DNA of 64,000 bases, taken from the human T2T-CHM13v2.0 reference genome, Homo sapiens. A program made the position numbers and the translations under genes. The DNA lies in assembly GCF_009914755.1 (NCBI RefSeq), contig NC_060942.1. One strand, 5' to 3'. The notes under the pieces were generated by a model. That model was given only the letters and a program-made list of their open reading frames with translations, ran no database searches and was not told where the DNA came from. Shown here piece by piece: positions 40,801 through 52,800 of this stretch (the first letter of the stretch is position 1; each line of letters begins with the position of its first letter).

Positions 40801-43800
40801 TTTTTGTGGAATCTGCAAGTGGCTATTTGGCTAGATTTGAGGATTTCGTTGGAAACGGGATTACATATAAAAAGCAGTCAGCAGCATTCTCAGAAAGTTC
40901 TTTGTGATGATTGCATTCAAGTCACAGAATTGAACATTCCCTTTCACAGAGCAGGTTTGAAACACTCTTTTTGTAGTGTGTGTAAGTGGACATTTGGAGC
41001 ACTTACCGGCCTAAGGTGAAAAAGGAAATATCTTCCCATAAAAACTAGACAGAAGCATTCTCAGAAACTTACTCGTGATGTGTGTCCTCAACTAAAGGAG
41101 TAGAAACTTTCTTTTCATAGAGAAGTTTTGAAACGCTCTTTTTGTGGAATCTGCAAGTGGATATTTGGCTAGTTTTGAGGATTTCGTTGGAAGCGGGAAT
41201 TCATACAAATTGCAGACTGCAGCGTTCTGAGAAACATCTTTGTGATGTTTGTATTCAGGACACAGAGTTGAACATTCCCTATCATAGAGCAGGTTTGAAT
41301 CACTCCTTTTGTAGTATCTGGAAGTGGACATTTGGAGCGCTTTCAGGCCTATGTTGGAAAAGGAAATATCTTCCCATAACAACCAGACAGAAGCATTCTC
41401 AGAAACTTATTTGAGATGTGTGTACTCAACTAAGAGAATTGAACCACCGTTTTGAAGGAGCAGTTTTGAAACTCTCTTTTTCTGGAATCTGCAAGTGGAT
41501 ATTTGGCTAGCTTTGGGGATTTCGCTGGAAGCGGGAATACATATAAAAAGCACACAGCAGCGTTCTGAGAAACTGCTTTCTGATGTTTGCATTCAAGTCA
41601 AAAGTTGAACACTCCCTTTCATAGAGCAGTCTTGAAACACCCCTTTTGTAGTATCTGGAACTGGACTTTTGGAGCGATTTCAGGGCTAAGGTGAAAAAGG
41701 AAATATCTTCCCATAAAAACTGGACAGAAGCATTCTCAGAAACTTGTTTATGCTGTATCTACTCAACTAACAAAGTTGAACCTTTCTTTTGATAGAGCAG
41801 TTTTGAAATGGTCTTTTTGTGGAATCTGCAAGTGGATATTTGGCTAGTTTTGAGGATTTCGTTGGAAGCGGGAATTCATACAAATTGCAGACTGCAGCGT
41901 TCTGAGAAACATCTTTGTGATGTTTGTATTCAGGACACAGAGTTGAACATTCCCTATCATAGAGCAGGTTGGAATCACTCCTTTTGTAGTATCTGGAAGT
42001 GGACATTTGGAGCGCTTTCAGGCCTATTTTGGAAAGGGAAATATCTTCCCGTAACAACTATGCAGAAGCATTCTCAGAAACTTGTTTGTGATGTGTGCCC
42101 TCTACTGACAGAGTTGAACCTTTCTTTTCATAGAGCAGTTTTGAAACACTCTTTTTGTAGAATCTGCAAGAGGATATTTGCATAGCTTTGAGGATTTCGT
42201 GGGAAACGGGATTGTCTTCAGGTAAAATCTAGACAGAAGCATTCTCAGAAACTTCTTTGGGATGTTTGCATTCAAGTCACAGAGTAGAACATTCCCTTTG
42301 GTAGAGCAGGTTTGAAACACTCTTTTTGTAGTATCTGGAAGTGGACATTTGGAGCGCTTTCAGGCCCATGTTGGAAAGGGAAATATCTTCCCGTAACAAC
42401 TAGGCAGAAGCATTCTCAGAAACTTATTTGAGATGTGTGTACTCAACTAAGAGAATTGAACCACCGTTTTGAAGGAGCAGTTTTGAAACACTCTTTTTCT
42501 GGAATCTGCAAGAGTATATTTGCCTAGCCTTGAGGATTTCGTTGGAAACGGGATTGTCTTCAGAGAAAATCTAGACAGAAGCATTCTCAGAAACTTCTTT
42601 GGGATGCTTGCATTCCAGTCACAGAGTAGAACATTCCCTTTGGTAGAGCAGGTTTGAAACACTCTTTTTGTAGTATCTGGAAGTGGACATTTGGAGCGCT
42701 TTCAGGCCTACGTTGGAAAAGGAAATATCTTCCCATAACAACTAGACAGAAGCATTCTCAGAAACTAGTTTCTGATGTGTGTCCTCAACTAACACAGTTG
42801 AACATTTCTTTAGACAGAACAGTTTTGAAACACTCTTTTTGTGGAATCTGCAAGTGGCTATTTGGCTAGATTTGAGGATTTCGTTGGAAACGGGATTACA
42901 TATAAAAAGCAGTCAGCAGCATTCTCAGAAAGTTCTTTGTGATGATTGCATTCAAGTCACAGAATTGAACATTCCCTTTCACAGAGCAGGTTTGAAACAC
43001 TCTTTTTGTAGTGTGTGTAAGTGGACATTTGGAGCACTTACCGGCCTAAGGTGAAAAAGGAAATATCTTCCCATAAAAACTAGACAGAAGCATTCTCAGA
43101 AACTTACTCGTGATGTGTGTCCTCAACTAAAGGAGTAGAACCTTTCTTTTCATAGAGAAGTTTTGAAACGCTCTTTTTGTGGAATCTGCAAGTGGATATT
43201 TGGCTAGTTTTGAGGATTTCGTTGGAAGCGGGAATTCATACAAATTGCAGACTGCAGCGTTCTGAGAAACATCTTTGTGATGTTTGTATTCAGGACACAG
43301 AGTTGAACATTCCCTATCATAGAGCAGGTTTGAATCACTCCTTTTGTAGTATCTGGAAGTGGACATTTGGAGCGCTTTCAGGCCTATGTTGGAAAAGGAA
43401 ATATCTTCCCATAACAACTAGACAGAAGCATTCTCAGAAACTTATTTGAGATGTGTGTACTCAACTAAGAGAATTGAACCACCGTTTTGAAGGAGCAGTT
43501 TTGAAACTCTCTTTTTCTGGAATCTGCAAGTGGATATTTGGCTAGCTTTGGGGATTTCGCTGGAAGCGGGAATACATATAAAAAGCCCACAGCAGCGTTC
43601 TGAGAAACTGCTTTCTGATGTTTGCATTCAAGTCAAAAGTTGAACACTCCCTTTCATAGAGCAGTCTTGAAACACCCCTTTTGTAGTATCTGGAACTGGA
43701 CTTTTGGAGCGATTTCAGGGCTAAGGTGAAAAAGGAAATATCTTCCCATAAAAACTGGACAGAAGCATTCTCAGAAACTTGTTTATGCTGTATCTACTCA

Positions 43801-46800
43801 ACTAACAAAGTTGAACCTTTCTTTTGATAGAGCAGTTTTGAAATGGTCTTTTTGTGGAATCTGCAAGTGGATATTTGGCTAGTTTTGAGGATTTCGTTGG
43901 AAGCGGGAATTCATACAAATTGCAGACTGCAGCGTTCTGAGAAACATCTTTGTGATGTTTGTATTCAGGACACAGAGTTGAACATTCCCTATCATAGAGC
44001 AGGTTGGAATCACTCCTTTTGTAGTATCTGGAAGTGGACATTTGGAGCGCTTTCAGGCCTATTTTGGAAAGGGAAATATCTTCCCGTAACAACTATGCAG
44101 AAGCATTCTCAGAAACTTGTTTGTGATGTGTGCCCTCTACTGACAGAGTTGAACCTTTCTTTTCATAGAGCAGTTTTGAAACACTCTTTTTGTAGAATCT
44201 GCAAGAGGATATTTGCATAGCTTTGAGGATTTCGTGGGAAACGGGATTGTCTTCAGGTAAAATCTAGACAGAAGCATTCTCAGAAACTTCTTTGGGATGT
44301 TTGCATTCAAGTCACAGAGTAGAACATTCCCTTTGGTAGAGCAGGTTTGAAACACTCTTTTTGTAGTATCTGGAAGTGGACATTTGGAGCGCTTTCAGGC
44401 CCATGTTGGAAAGGGAAATATCTTCCCGTAACAACTAGGCAGAAGCATTCTCAGAAACTTATTTGAGATGTGTGTACTCAACTAAGAGAATTGAACCACC
44501 GTTTTGAAGGAGCAGTTTTGAAACACTCTTTTTCTGGAATCTGCAAGAGTATATTTGCCTAGCCTTGAGGATTTCGTTGGAAACGGGATTGTCTTCAGAG
44601 AAAATCTAGACAGAAGCATTCTCAGAAACTTCTTTGGGATGCTTGCATTCAAGTCACAGAGTAGAACATTCCCTTTGGTAGAGCAGGTTTGAAACACTCT
44701 TTTTGTAGTATCTGGAAGTGGACATTTGGAGCGCTTTCAGGCCTACGTTGGAAAAGGAAATATCTTCCCATAACAACTAGACAGAAGCATTCTCAGAAAC
44801 TAGTTTCTGATGTGTGTCCTCAACTAACACAGTTGAACATTTCTTTAGACAGAACAGTTTTGAAACACTCTTTTTGTGGAATCTGCAAGTGGCTATTTGG
44901 CTAGATTTGAGGATTTCGTTGGAAACGGGATTACATATAAAAAGCAGTCAGCAGCATTCTCAGAAAGTTCTTTGTGATGATTGCATTCAAGTCACAGAAT
45001 TGAACATTCCCTTTCACAGAGCAGGTTTGAAACACTCTTTTTGTAGTGTGTGTAAGTGGACATTTGGAGCACTTACCGGCCTAAGGTGAAAAAGGAAATA
45101 TCTTCCCATAAAAACTAGACAGAAGCATTCTCAGAAACTTACTCGTGATGTGTGTCCTCAACTAAAGGAGTAGAACCTTTCTTTTCATAGAGAAGTTTTG
45201 AAACGCTCTTTTTGTGGAATCTGCAAGTGGATATTTGGCTAGTTTTGAGGATTTCGTTGGAAGCGGGAATTCATACAAATTGCAGACTGCAGCGTTCTGA
45301 GAAACATCTTTGTGATGTTTGTATTCAGGACACAGAGTTGAACATTCCCTATCATAGAGCAGGTTTGAATCACTCCTTTTGTAGTATCTGGAAGTGGACA
45401 TTTGGAGCGCTTTCAGGCCTATGTTGGAAAAGGAAATATCTTCCCATAACAACCAGACAGAAGCATTCTCAGAAACTTATTTGAGATGTGTGTACTCAAC
45501 TAAGAGAATTGAACCACCGTTTTGAAGGAGCAGTTTTGAAACTCTCTTTTTCTGGAATCTGCAAGTGGATATTTGGCTAGCTTTGGGGATTTCGCTGGAA
45601 GCGGGAATACATATAAAAAGCACACAGCAGCGTTCTGAGAAACTGCTTTCTGATGTTTGCATTCAAGTCAAAAGTTGAACACTCCCTTTCATAGAGCAGT
45701 CTTGAAACACCCCTTTTGTAGTATCTGGAACTGGACTTTTGGAGCGATTTCAGGGCTAAGGTGAAAAAGGAAATATCTTCCCATAAAAACTGGACAGAAG
45801 CATTCTCAGAAACTTGTTTATGCTGTATCTACTCAACTAACAAAGTTGAACCTTTCTTTTGATAGAGCAGTTTTGAAATGGTCTTTTTGTGGAATCTGCA
45901 AGTGGATATTTGGCTAGTTTTGAGGATTTCGTTGGAAGCGGGAATTCATACAAATTGCAGACTGCAGCGTTCTGAGAAACATCTTTGTGATGTTTGTATT
46001 CAGGACACAGAGTTGAACATTCCCTATCATAGAGCAGGTTGGAATCACTCCTTTTGTAGTATCTGGAAGTGGACATTTGGAGCGCTTTCAGGCCTATTTT
46101 GGAAAGGGAAATATCTTCCCGTAACAACTATGCAGAAGCATTCTCAGAAACTTGTTTGTGATGTGTGCCCTCTACTGACAGAGTTGAACCTTTCTTTTCA
46201 TAGAGCAGTTTTGAAACACTCTTTTTGTAGAATCTGCAAGAGGATATTTGCATAGCTTTGAGGATTTCGTGGGAAACGGGATTGTCTTCAGGTAAAATCT
46301 AGACAGAAGCATTCTCAGAAACTTCTTTGGGATGTTTGCATTCAAGTCACAGAGTAGAACATTCCCTTTGGTAGAGCAGGTTTGAAACACTCTTTTTGTA
46401 GTATCTGGAAGTGGACATTTGGAGCGCTTTCAGGCCCATGTTGGAAAGGGAAATATCTTCCCGTAACAACTAGGCAGAAGCATTCTCAGAAACTTATTTG
46501 AGATGTGTGTACTCAACTAAGAGAATTGAACCACCGTTTTGAAGGAGCAGTTTTGAAACACTCTTTTTCTGGAATCTGCAAGAGTATATTTGCCTAGCCT
46601 TGAGGATTTCGTTGGAAACGGGATTGTCTTCAGAGAAAATCTAGACAGAAGCATTCTCAGAAACTTCTTTGGGATGCTTGCATTCCAGTCACAGAGTAGA
46701 ACATTCCCTTTGGTAGAGCAGGTTTGAAACACTCTTTTTGTAGTATCTGGAAGTGGACATTTGGAGCGCTTTCAGGCCTACGTTGGAAAAGGAAATATCT

Positions 46801-49800
46801 TCCCATAACAACTAGACAGAAGCATTCTCAGAAACTAGTTTCTGATGTGTGTCCTCAACTAACACAGTTGAACATTTCTTTAGACAGAACAGTTTTGAAA
46901 CACTCTTTTTGTGGAATCTGCAAGTGGCTATTTGGCTAGATTTGAGGATTTCGTTGGAAACGGGATTACATATAAAAAGCAGTCAGCAGCATTCTCAGAA
47001 AGTTCTTTGTGATGATTGCATTCAAGTCACAGAATTGAACATTCCCTTTCACAGAGCAGGTTTGAAACACTCTTTTTGTAGTGTGTGTAAGTGGACATTT
47101 GGAGCACTTACCGGCCTAAGGTGAAAAAGGAAATATCTTCCCATAAAAACTAGACAGAAGCATTCTCAGAAACTTACTCGTGATGTGTGTCCTCAACTAA
47201 AGGAGTAGAACCTTTCTTTTCATAGAGAAGTTTTGAAACGCTCTTTTTGTGGAATCTGCAAGTGGATATTTGGCTAGTTTTGAGGATTTCGTTGGAAGCG
47301 GGAATTCATACAAATTGCAGACTGCAGCGTTCTGAGAAACATCTTTGTGATGTTTGTATTCAGGACACAGAGTTGAACATTCCCTATCATAGAGCAGGTT
47401 TGAATCACTCCTTTTGTAGTATCTGGAAGTGGACATTTGGAGCGCTTTCAGGCCTATGTTGGAAAAGGAAATATCTTCCCATAACAACTAGACAGAAGCA
47501 TTCTCAGAAACTTATTTGAGATGTGTGTACTCAACTAAGAGAATTGAACCACCGTTTTGAAGGAGCAGTTTTGAAACTCTCTTTTTCTGGAATCTGCAAG
47601 TGGATATTTGGCTAGCTTTGGGGATTTCGCTGGAAGCGGGAATACATATAAAAAGCACACAGCAGCGTTCTGAGAAACTGCTTTCTGATGTTTGCATTCA
47701 AGTCAAAAGTTGAACACTCCCTTTCATAGAGCAGTCTTGAAACACCCCTTTTGTAGTATCTGGAACTGGACTTTTGGAGCGATTTCAGGGCTAAGGTGAA
47801 AAAGGAAATATCTTCCCATAAAAACTGGACAGAAGCATTCTCAGAAACTTGTTTATGCTGTATCTACTCAACCAGCAAAGTTGAACCTTTCTTTTGATAG
47901 AGCAGTTTTGAAATGGTCTTTTTGTGGAATCTGCAAGTGGATATTTGGCTAGTTTTGAGGATTTCGTTGGAAGCGGGAATTCATACAAATTGCAGACTGC
48001 AGCGTTCTGAGAAACATCTTTGTGATGTTTGTATTCAGGACACAGAGTTGAACATTCCCTATCATAGAGCAGGTTGGAATCACTCCTTTTGTAGTATCTG
48101 GAAGTGGACATTTGGAGCGCTTTCAGGCCTATTTTGGAAAGGGAAATATCTTCCCGTAACAACTATGCAGAAGCATTCTCAGAAACTTGTTTGTGATGTG
48201 TGCCCTCTACTGACAGAGTTGAACCTTTCTTTTCATAGAGCAGTTTTGAAACACTCTTTTTGTAGAATCTGCAAGAGGATATTTGCATAGCTTTGAGGAT
48301 TTCGTGGGAAACGGGATTGTCTTCAGGTAAAATCTAGACAGAAGCATTCTCAGAAACTTCTTTGGGATGTTTGCATTCAAGTCACAGAGTAGAACATTCC
48401 CTTTGGTAGAGCAGGTTTGAAACACTCTTTTTGTAGTATCTGGAAGTGGACATTTGGAGCGCTTTCAGGCCCATGTTGGAAAGGGAAATATCTTCCCGTA
48501 ACAACTAGGCAGAAGCATTCTCAGAAACTTATTTGAGATGTGTGTACTCAACTAAGAGAATTGAACCACCGTTTTGAAGGAGCAGTTTTGAAACACTCTT
48601 TTTCTGGAATCTGCAAGAGTATATTTGCCTAGCCTTGAGGATTTCGTTGGAAACGGGATTGTCTTCAGAGAAAATCTAGACAGAAGCATTCTCAGAAACT
48701 TCTTTGGGATGTTTGCATTCAAGTCACAGAGTAGAACATTCCCTTTGGTAGAGCAGGTTTGAAACACTCTTTTTGTAGTATCTGGAAGTGGACATTTGGA
48801 GCGCTTTCAGGCCTACGTTGGAAAAGGAAATATCTTCCCATAACAACTAGACAGAAGCATTCTCAGAAACTAGTTTCTGATGTGTGTCCTCAACTAACAC
48901 AGTTGAACATTTCTTTAGACAGAACAGTTTTGAAACACTCTTTTTGTGGAATCTGCAAGTGGCTATTTGGCTAGATTTGAGGATTTCGTTGGAAACGGGA
49001 TTACATATAAAAAGCAGTCAGCAGCATTCTCAGAAAGTTCTTTGTGATGATTGCATTCAAGTCACAGAATTGAACATTCCCTTTCACAGAGCAGGTTTGA
49101 AACACTCTTTTTGTAGTGTGTGTAAGTGGACATTTGGAGCACTTACCGGCCTAAGGTGAAAAAGGAAATATCTTCCCATAAAAACTAGACAGAAGCATTC
49201 TCAGAAACTTACTCGTGATGTGTGTCCTCAACTAAAGGAGTAGAACCTTTCTTTTCATAGAGAAGTTTTGAAACGCTCTTTTTGTGGAATCTGCAAGTGG
49301 ATATTTGGCTAGTTTTGAGGATTTCGTTGGAAGCGGGAATTCATACAAATTGCAGACTGCAGCGTTCTGAGAAACATCTTTGTGATGTTTGTATTCAGGA
49401 CACAGAGTTGAACATTCCCTATCATAGAGCAGGTTTGAATCACTCCTTTTGTAGTATCTGGAAGTGGACATTTGGAGCGCTTTCAGGCCTATGTTGGAAA
49501 AGGAAATATCTTCCCATAACAACTAGACAGAAGCATTCTCAGAAACTTATTTGAGATGTGTGTACTCAACTAAGAGAATTGAACCACCGTTTTGAAGGAG
49601 CAGTTTTGAAACTCTCTTTTTCTGGAATCTGCAAGTGGATATTTGGCTAGCTTTGGGGATTTCGCTGGAAGCGGGAATACATATAAAAAGCACACAGCAG
49701 CGTTCTGAGAAACTGCTTTCTGATGTTTGCATTCAAGTCAAAAGTTGAACACTCCCTTTCATAGAGCAGTCTTGAAACACCCCTTTTGTAGTATCTGGAA

Positions 49801-52800
49801 CTGGACTTTTGGAGCGATTTCAGGGCTAAGGTGAAAAAGGAAATATCTTCCCATAAAAACTGGACAGAAGCATTCTCAGAAACTTGTTTATGCTGTATCT
49901 ACTCAACCAGCAAAGTTGAACCTTTCTTTTGATAGAGCAGTTTTGAAATGGTCTTTTTGTGGAATCTGCAAGTGGATATTTGGCTAGTTTTGAGGATTTC
50001 GTTGGAAGCGGGAATTCATACAAATTGCAGACTGCAGCGTTCTGAGAAACATCTTTGTGATGTTTGTATTCAGGACACAGAGTTGAACATTCCCTATCGT
50101 AGAGCAGGTTGGAATCACTCCTTTTGTAGTATCTGGAAGTGGACATTTGGAGCGCTTTCAGGCCTATTTTGGAAAGGGAAATATCTTCCCGTAACAACTA
50201 TGCAGAAGCATTCTCAGAAACTTGTTTGTGATGTGTGCCCTCTACTGACAGAGTTGAACCTTTCTTTTCATAGAGCAGTTTTGAAACACTCTTTTTGTAG
50301 AATCTGCAAGAGGATATTTGCATAGCTTTGAGGATTTCGTGGGAAACGGGATTGTCTTCAGGTAAAATCTAGACAGAAGCATTCTCAGAAACTTCTTTGG
50401 GATGTTTGCATTCAAGTCACAGAGTAGAACATTCCCTTTGGTAGAGCAGGTTTGAAACACTCTTTTTGTAGTATCTGGAAGTGGACATTTGGAGCGCTTT
50501 CAGGCCCATGTTGGAAAGGGAAATATCTTCCCGTAACAACTAGGCAGAAGCATTCTCAGAAACTTATTTGAGATGTGTGTACTCAACTAAGAGAATTGAA
50601 CCACCGTTTTGAAGGAGCAGTTTTGAAACACTCTTTTTCTGGAATCTGCAAGAGTATATTTGCCTAGCCTTGAGGATTTCGTTGGAAACGGGATTGTCTT
50701 CAGAGAAAATCTAGACAGAAGCATTCTCAGAAACTTCTTTGGGATGCTTGCATTCAAGTCACAGAGTAGAACATTCCCTTTGGTAGAGCAGGTTTGAAAC
50801 ACTCTTTTTGTAGTATCTGGAAGTGGATATTTGGAGCACTTTCAGGCCTACGTTGGAAAAGGAAATATCTTCCCATAACAACTAGACAGAAGCATTCTCA
50901 GAAACTAGTTTCTGATGTGTGTCCTCAACTAACACAGTTGAACATTTCTTTAGACAGAACAGTTTTGAAACACTCTTTTTGTGGAATCTGCAAGTGGCTA
51001 TTTGGCTAGATTTGAGGATTTCGTTGGAAACGGGATTACATATAAAAAGCAGTCAGCAGCATTCTCAGAAAGTTCTTTGTGATGATTGCATTCAAGTCAC
51101 AGAATTGAACATTCCCTTTCACAGAGCAGGTTTGAAACACTCTTTTTGTAGTGTGTGTAAGTGGACATTTGGAGCACTTACCGGCCTAAGGTGAAAAAGG
51201 AAATATCTTCCCATAAAAACTAGACAGAAGCATTCTCAGAAACTTACTCGTGATGTGTGTCCTCAACTAAAGGAGTAGAACCTTTCTTTTCATAGAGAAG
51301 TTTTGAAACGCTCTTTTTGTGGAATCTGCAAGTGGATATTTGGCTAGTTTTGAGGATTTCGTTGGAAGCGGGAATTCATACAAATTGCAGACTGCAGCGT
51401 TCTGAGAAACATCTTTGTGATGTTTGTATTCAGGACACAGAGTTGAACATTCCCTATCATAGAGCAGGTTTGAATCACTCCTTTTGTAGTATCTGGAAGT
51501 GGACATTTGGAGCGCTTTCAGGCCTATGTTGGAAAAGGAAATATCTTCCCATAACAACTAGACAGAAGCATTCTCAGAAACTTATTTGAGATGTGTGTAC
51601 TCAACTAAGAGAATTGAACCACCGTTTTGAAGGAGCAGTTTTGAAACTCTCTTTTTCTGGAATCTGCAAGTGGATATTTGGCTAGCTTTGGGGATTTCGC
51701 TGGAAGCGGGAATACATATAAAAAGCACACAGCAGCGTTCTGAGAAACTGCTTTCTGATGTTTGCATTCAAGTCAAAAGTTGAACACTCCCTTTCATAGA
51801 GCAGTCTTGAAACACCCCTTTTGTAGTATCTGGAACTGGACTTTTGGAGCGATTTCAGGGCTAAGGTGAAAAAGGAAATATCTTCCCATAAAAACTGGAC
51901 AGAAGCATTCTCAGAAACTTGTTTATGCTGTATCTACTCAACTAACAAAGTTGAACCTTTCTTTTGATAGAGCAGTTTTGAAATGGTCTTTTTGTGGAAT
52001 CTGCAAGTGGATATTTGGCTAGTTTTGAGGATTTCGTTGGAAGCGGGAATTCATACAAATTGCAGACTGCAGCGTTCTGAGAAACATCTTTGTGATGTTT
52101 GTATTCAGGACACAGAGTTGAACATTCCCTATCATAGAGCAGGTTGGAATCACTCCTTTTGTAGTATCTGGAAGTGGACATTTGGAGCGCTTTCAGGCCT
52201 ATTTTGGAAAGGGAAATATCTTCCCGTAACAACTATGCAGAAGCATTCTCAGAAACTTGTTTGTGATGTGTGCCCTCTACTGACAGAGTTGAACCTTTCT
52301 TTTCATAGAGCAGTTTTGAAACACTCTTTTTGTAGAATCTGCAAGAGGATATTTGCATAGCTTTGAGGATTTCGTGGGAAACGGGATTGTCTTCAGGTAA
52401 AATCTAGACAGAAGCATTCTCAGAAACTTCTTTGGGATGTTTGCATTCAAGTCACAGAGTAGAACATTCCCTTTGGTAGAGCAGGTTTGAAACACTCTTT
52501 TTGTAGTATCTGGAAGTGGACATTTGGAGCGCTTTCAGGCCCATGTTGGAAAGGGAAATATCTTCCCGTAACAACTAGGCAGAAGCATTCTCAGAAACTT
52601 ATTTGAGATGTGTGTACTCAACTAAGAGAATTGAACCACCGTTTTGAAGGAGCAGTTTTGAAACACTCTTTTTCTGGAATCTGCAAGAGTATATTTGCCT
52701 AGCCTTGAGGATTTCGTTGGAAACGGGATTGTCTTCAGAGAAAATCTAGACAGAAGCATTCTCAGAAACTTCTTTGGGATGCTTGCATTCCAGTCACAGA

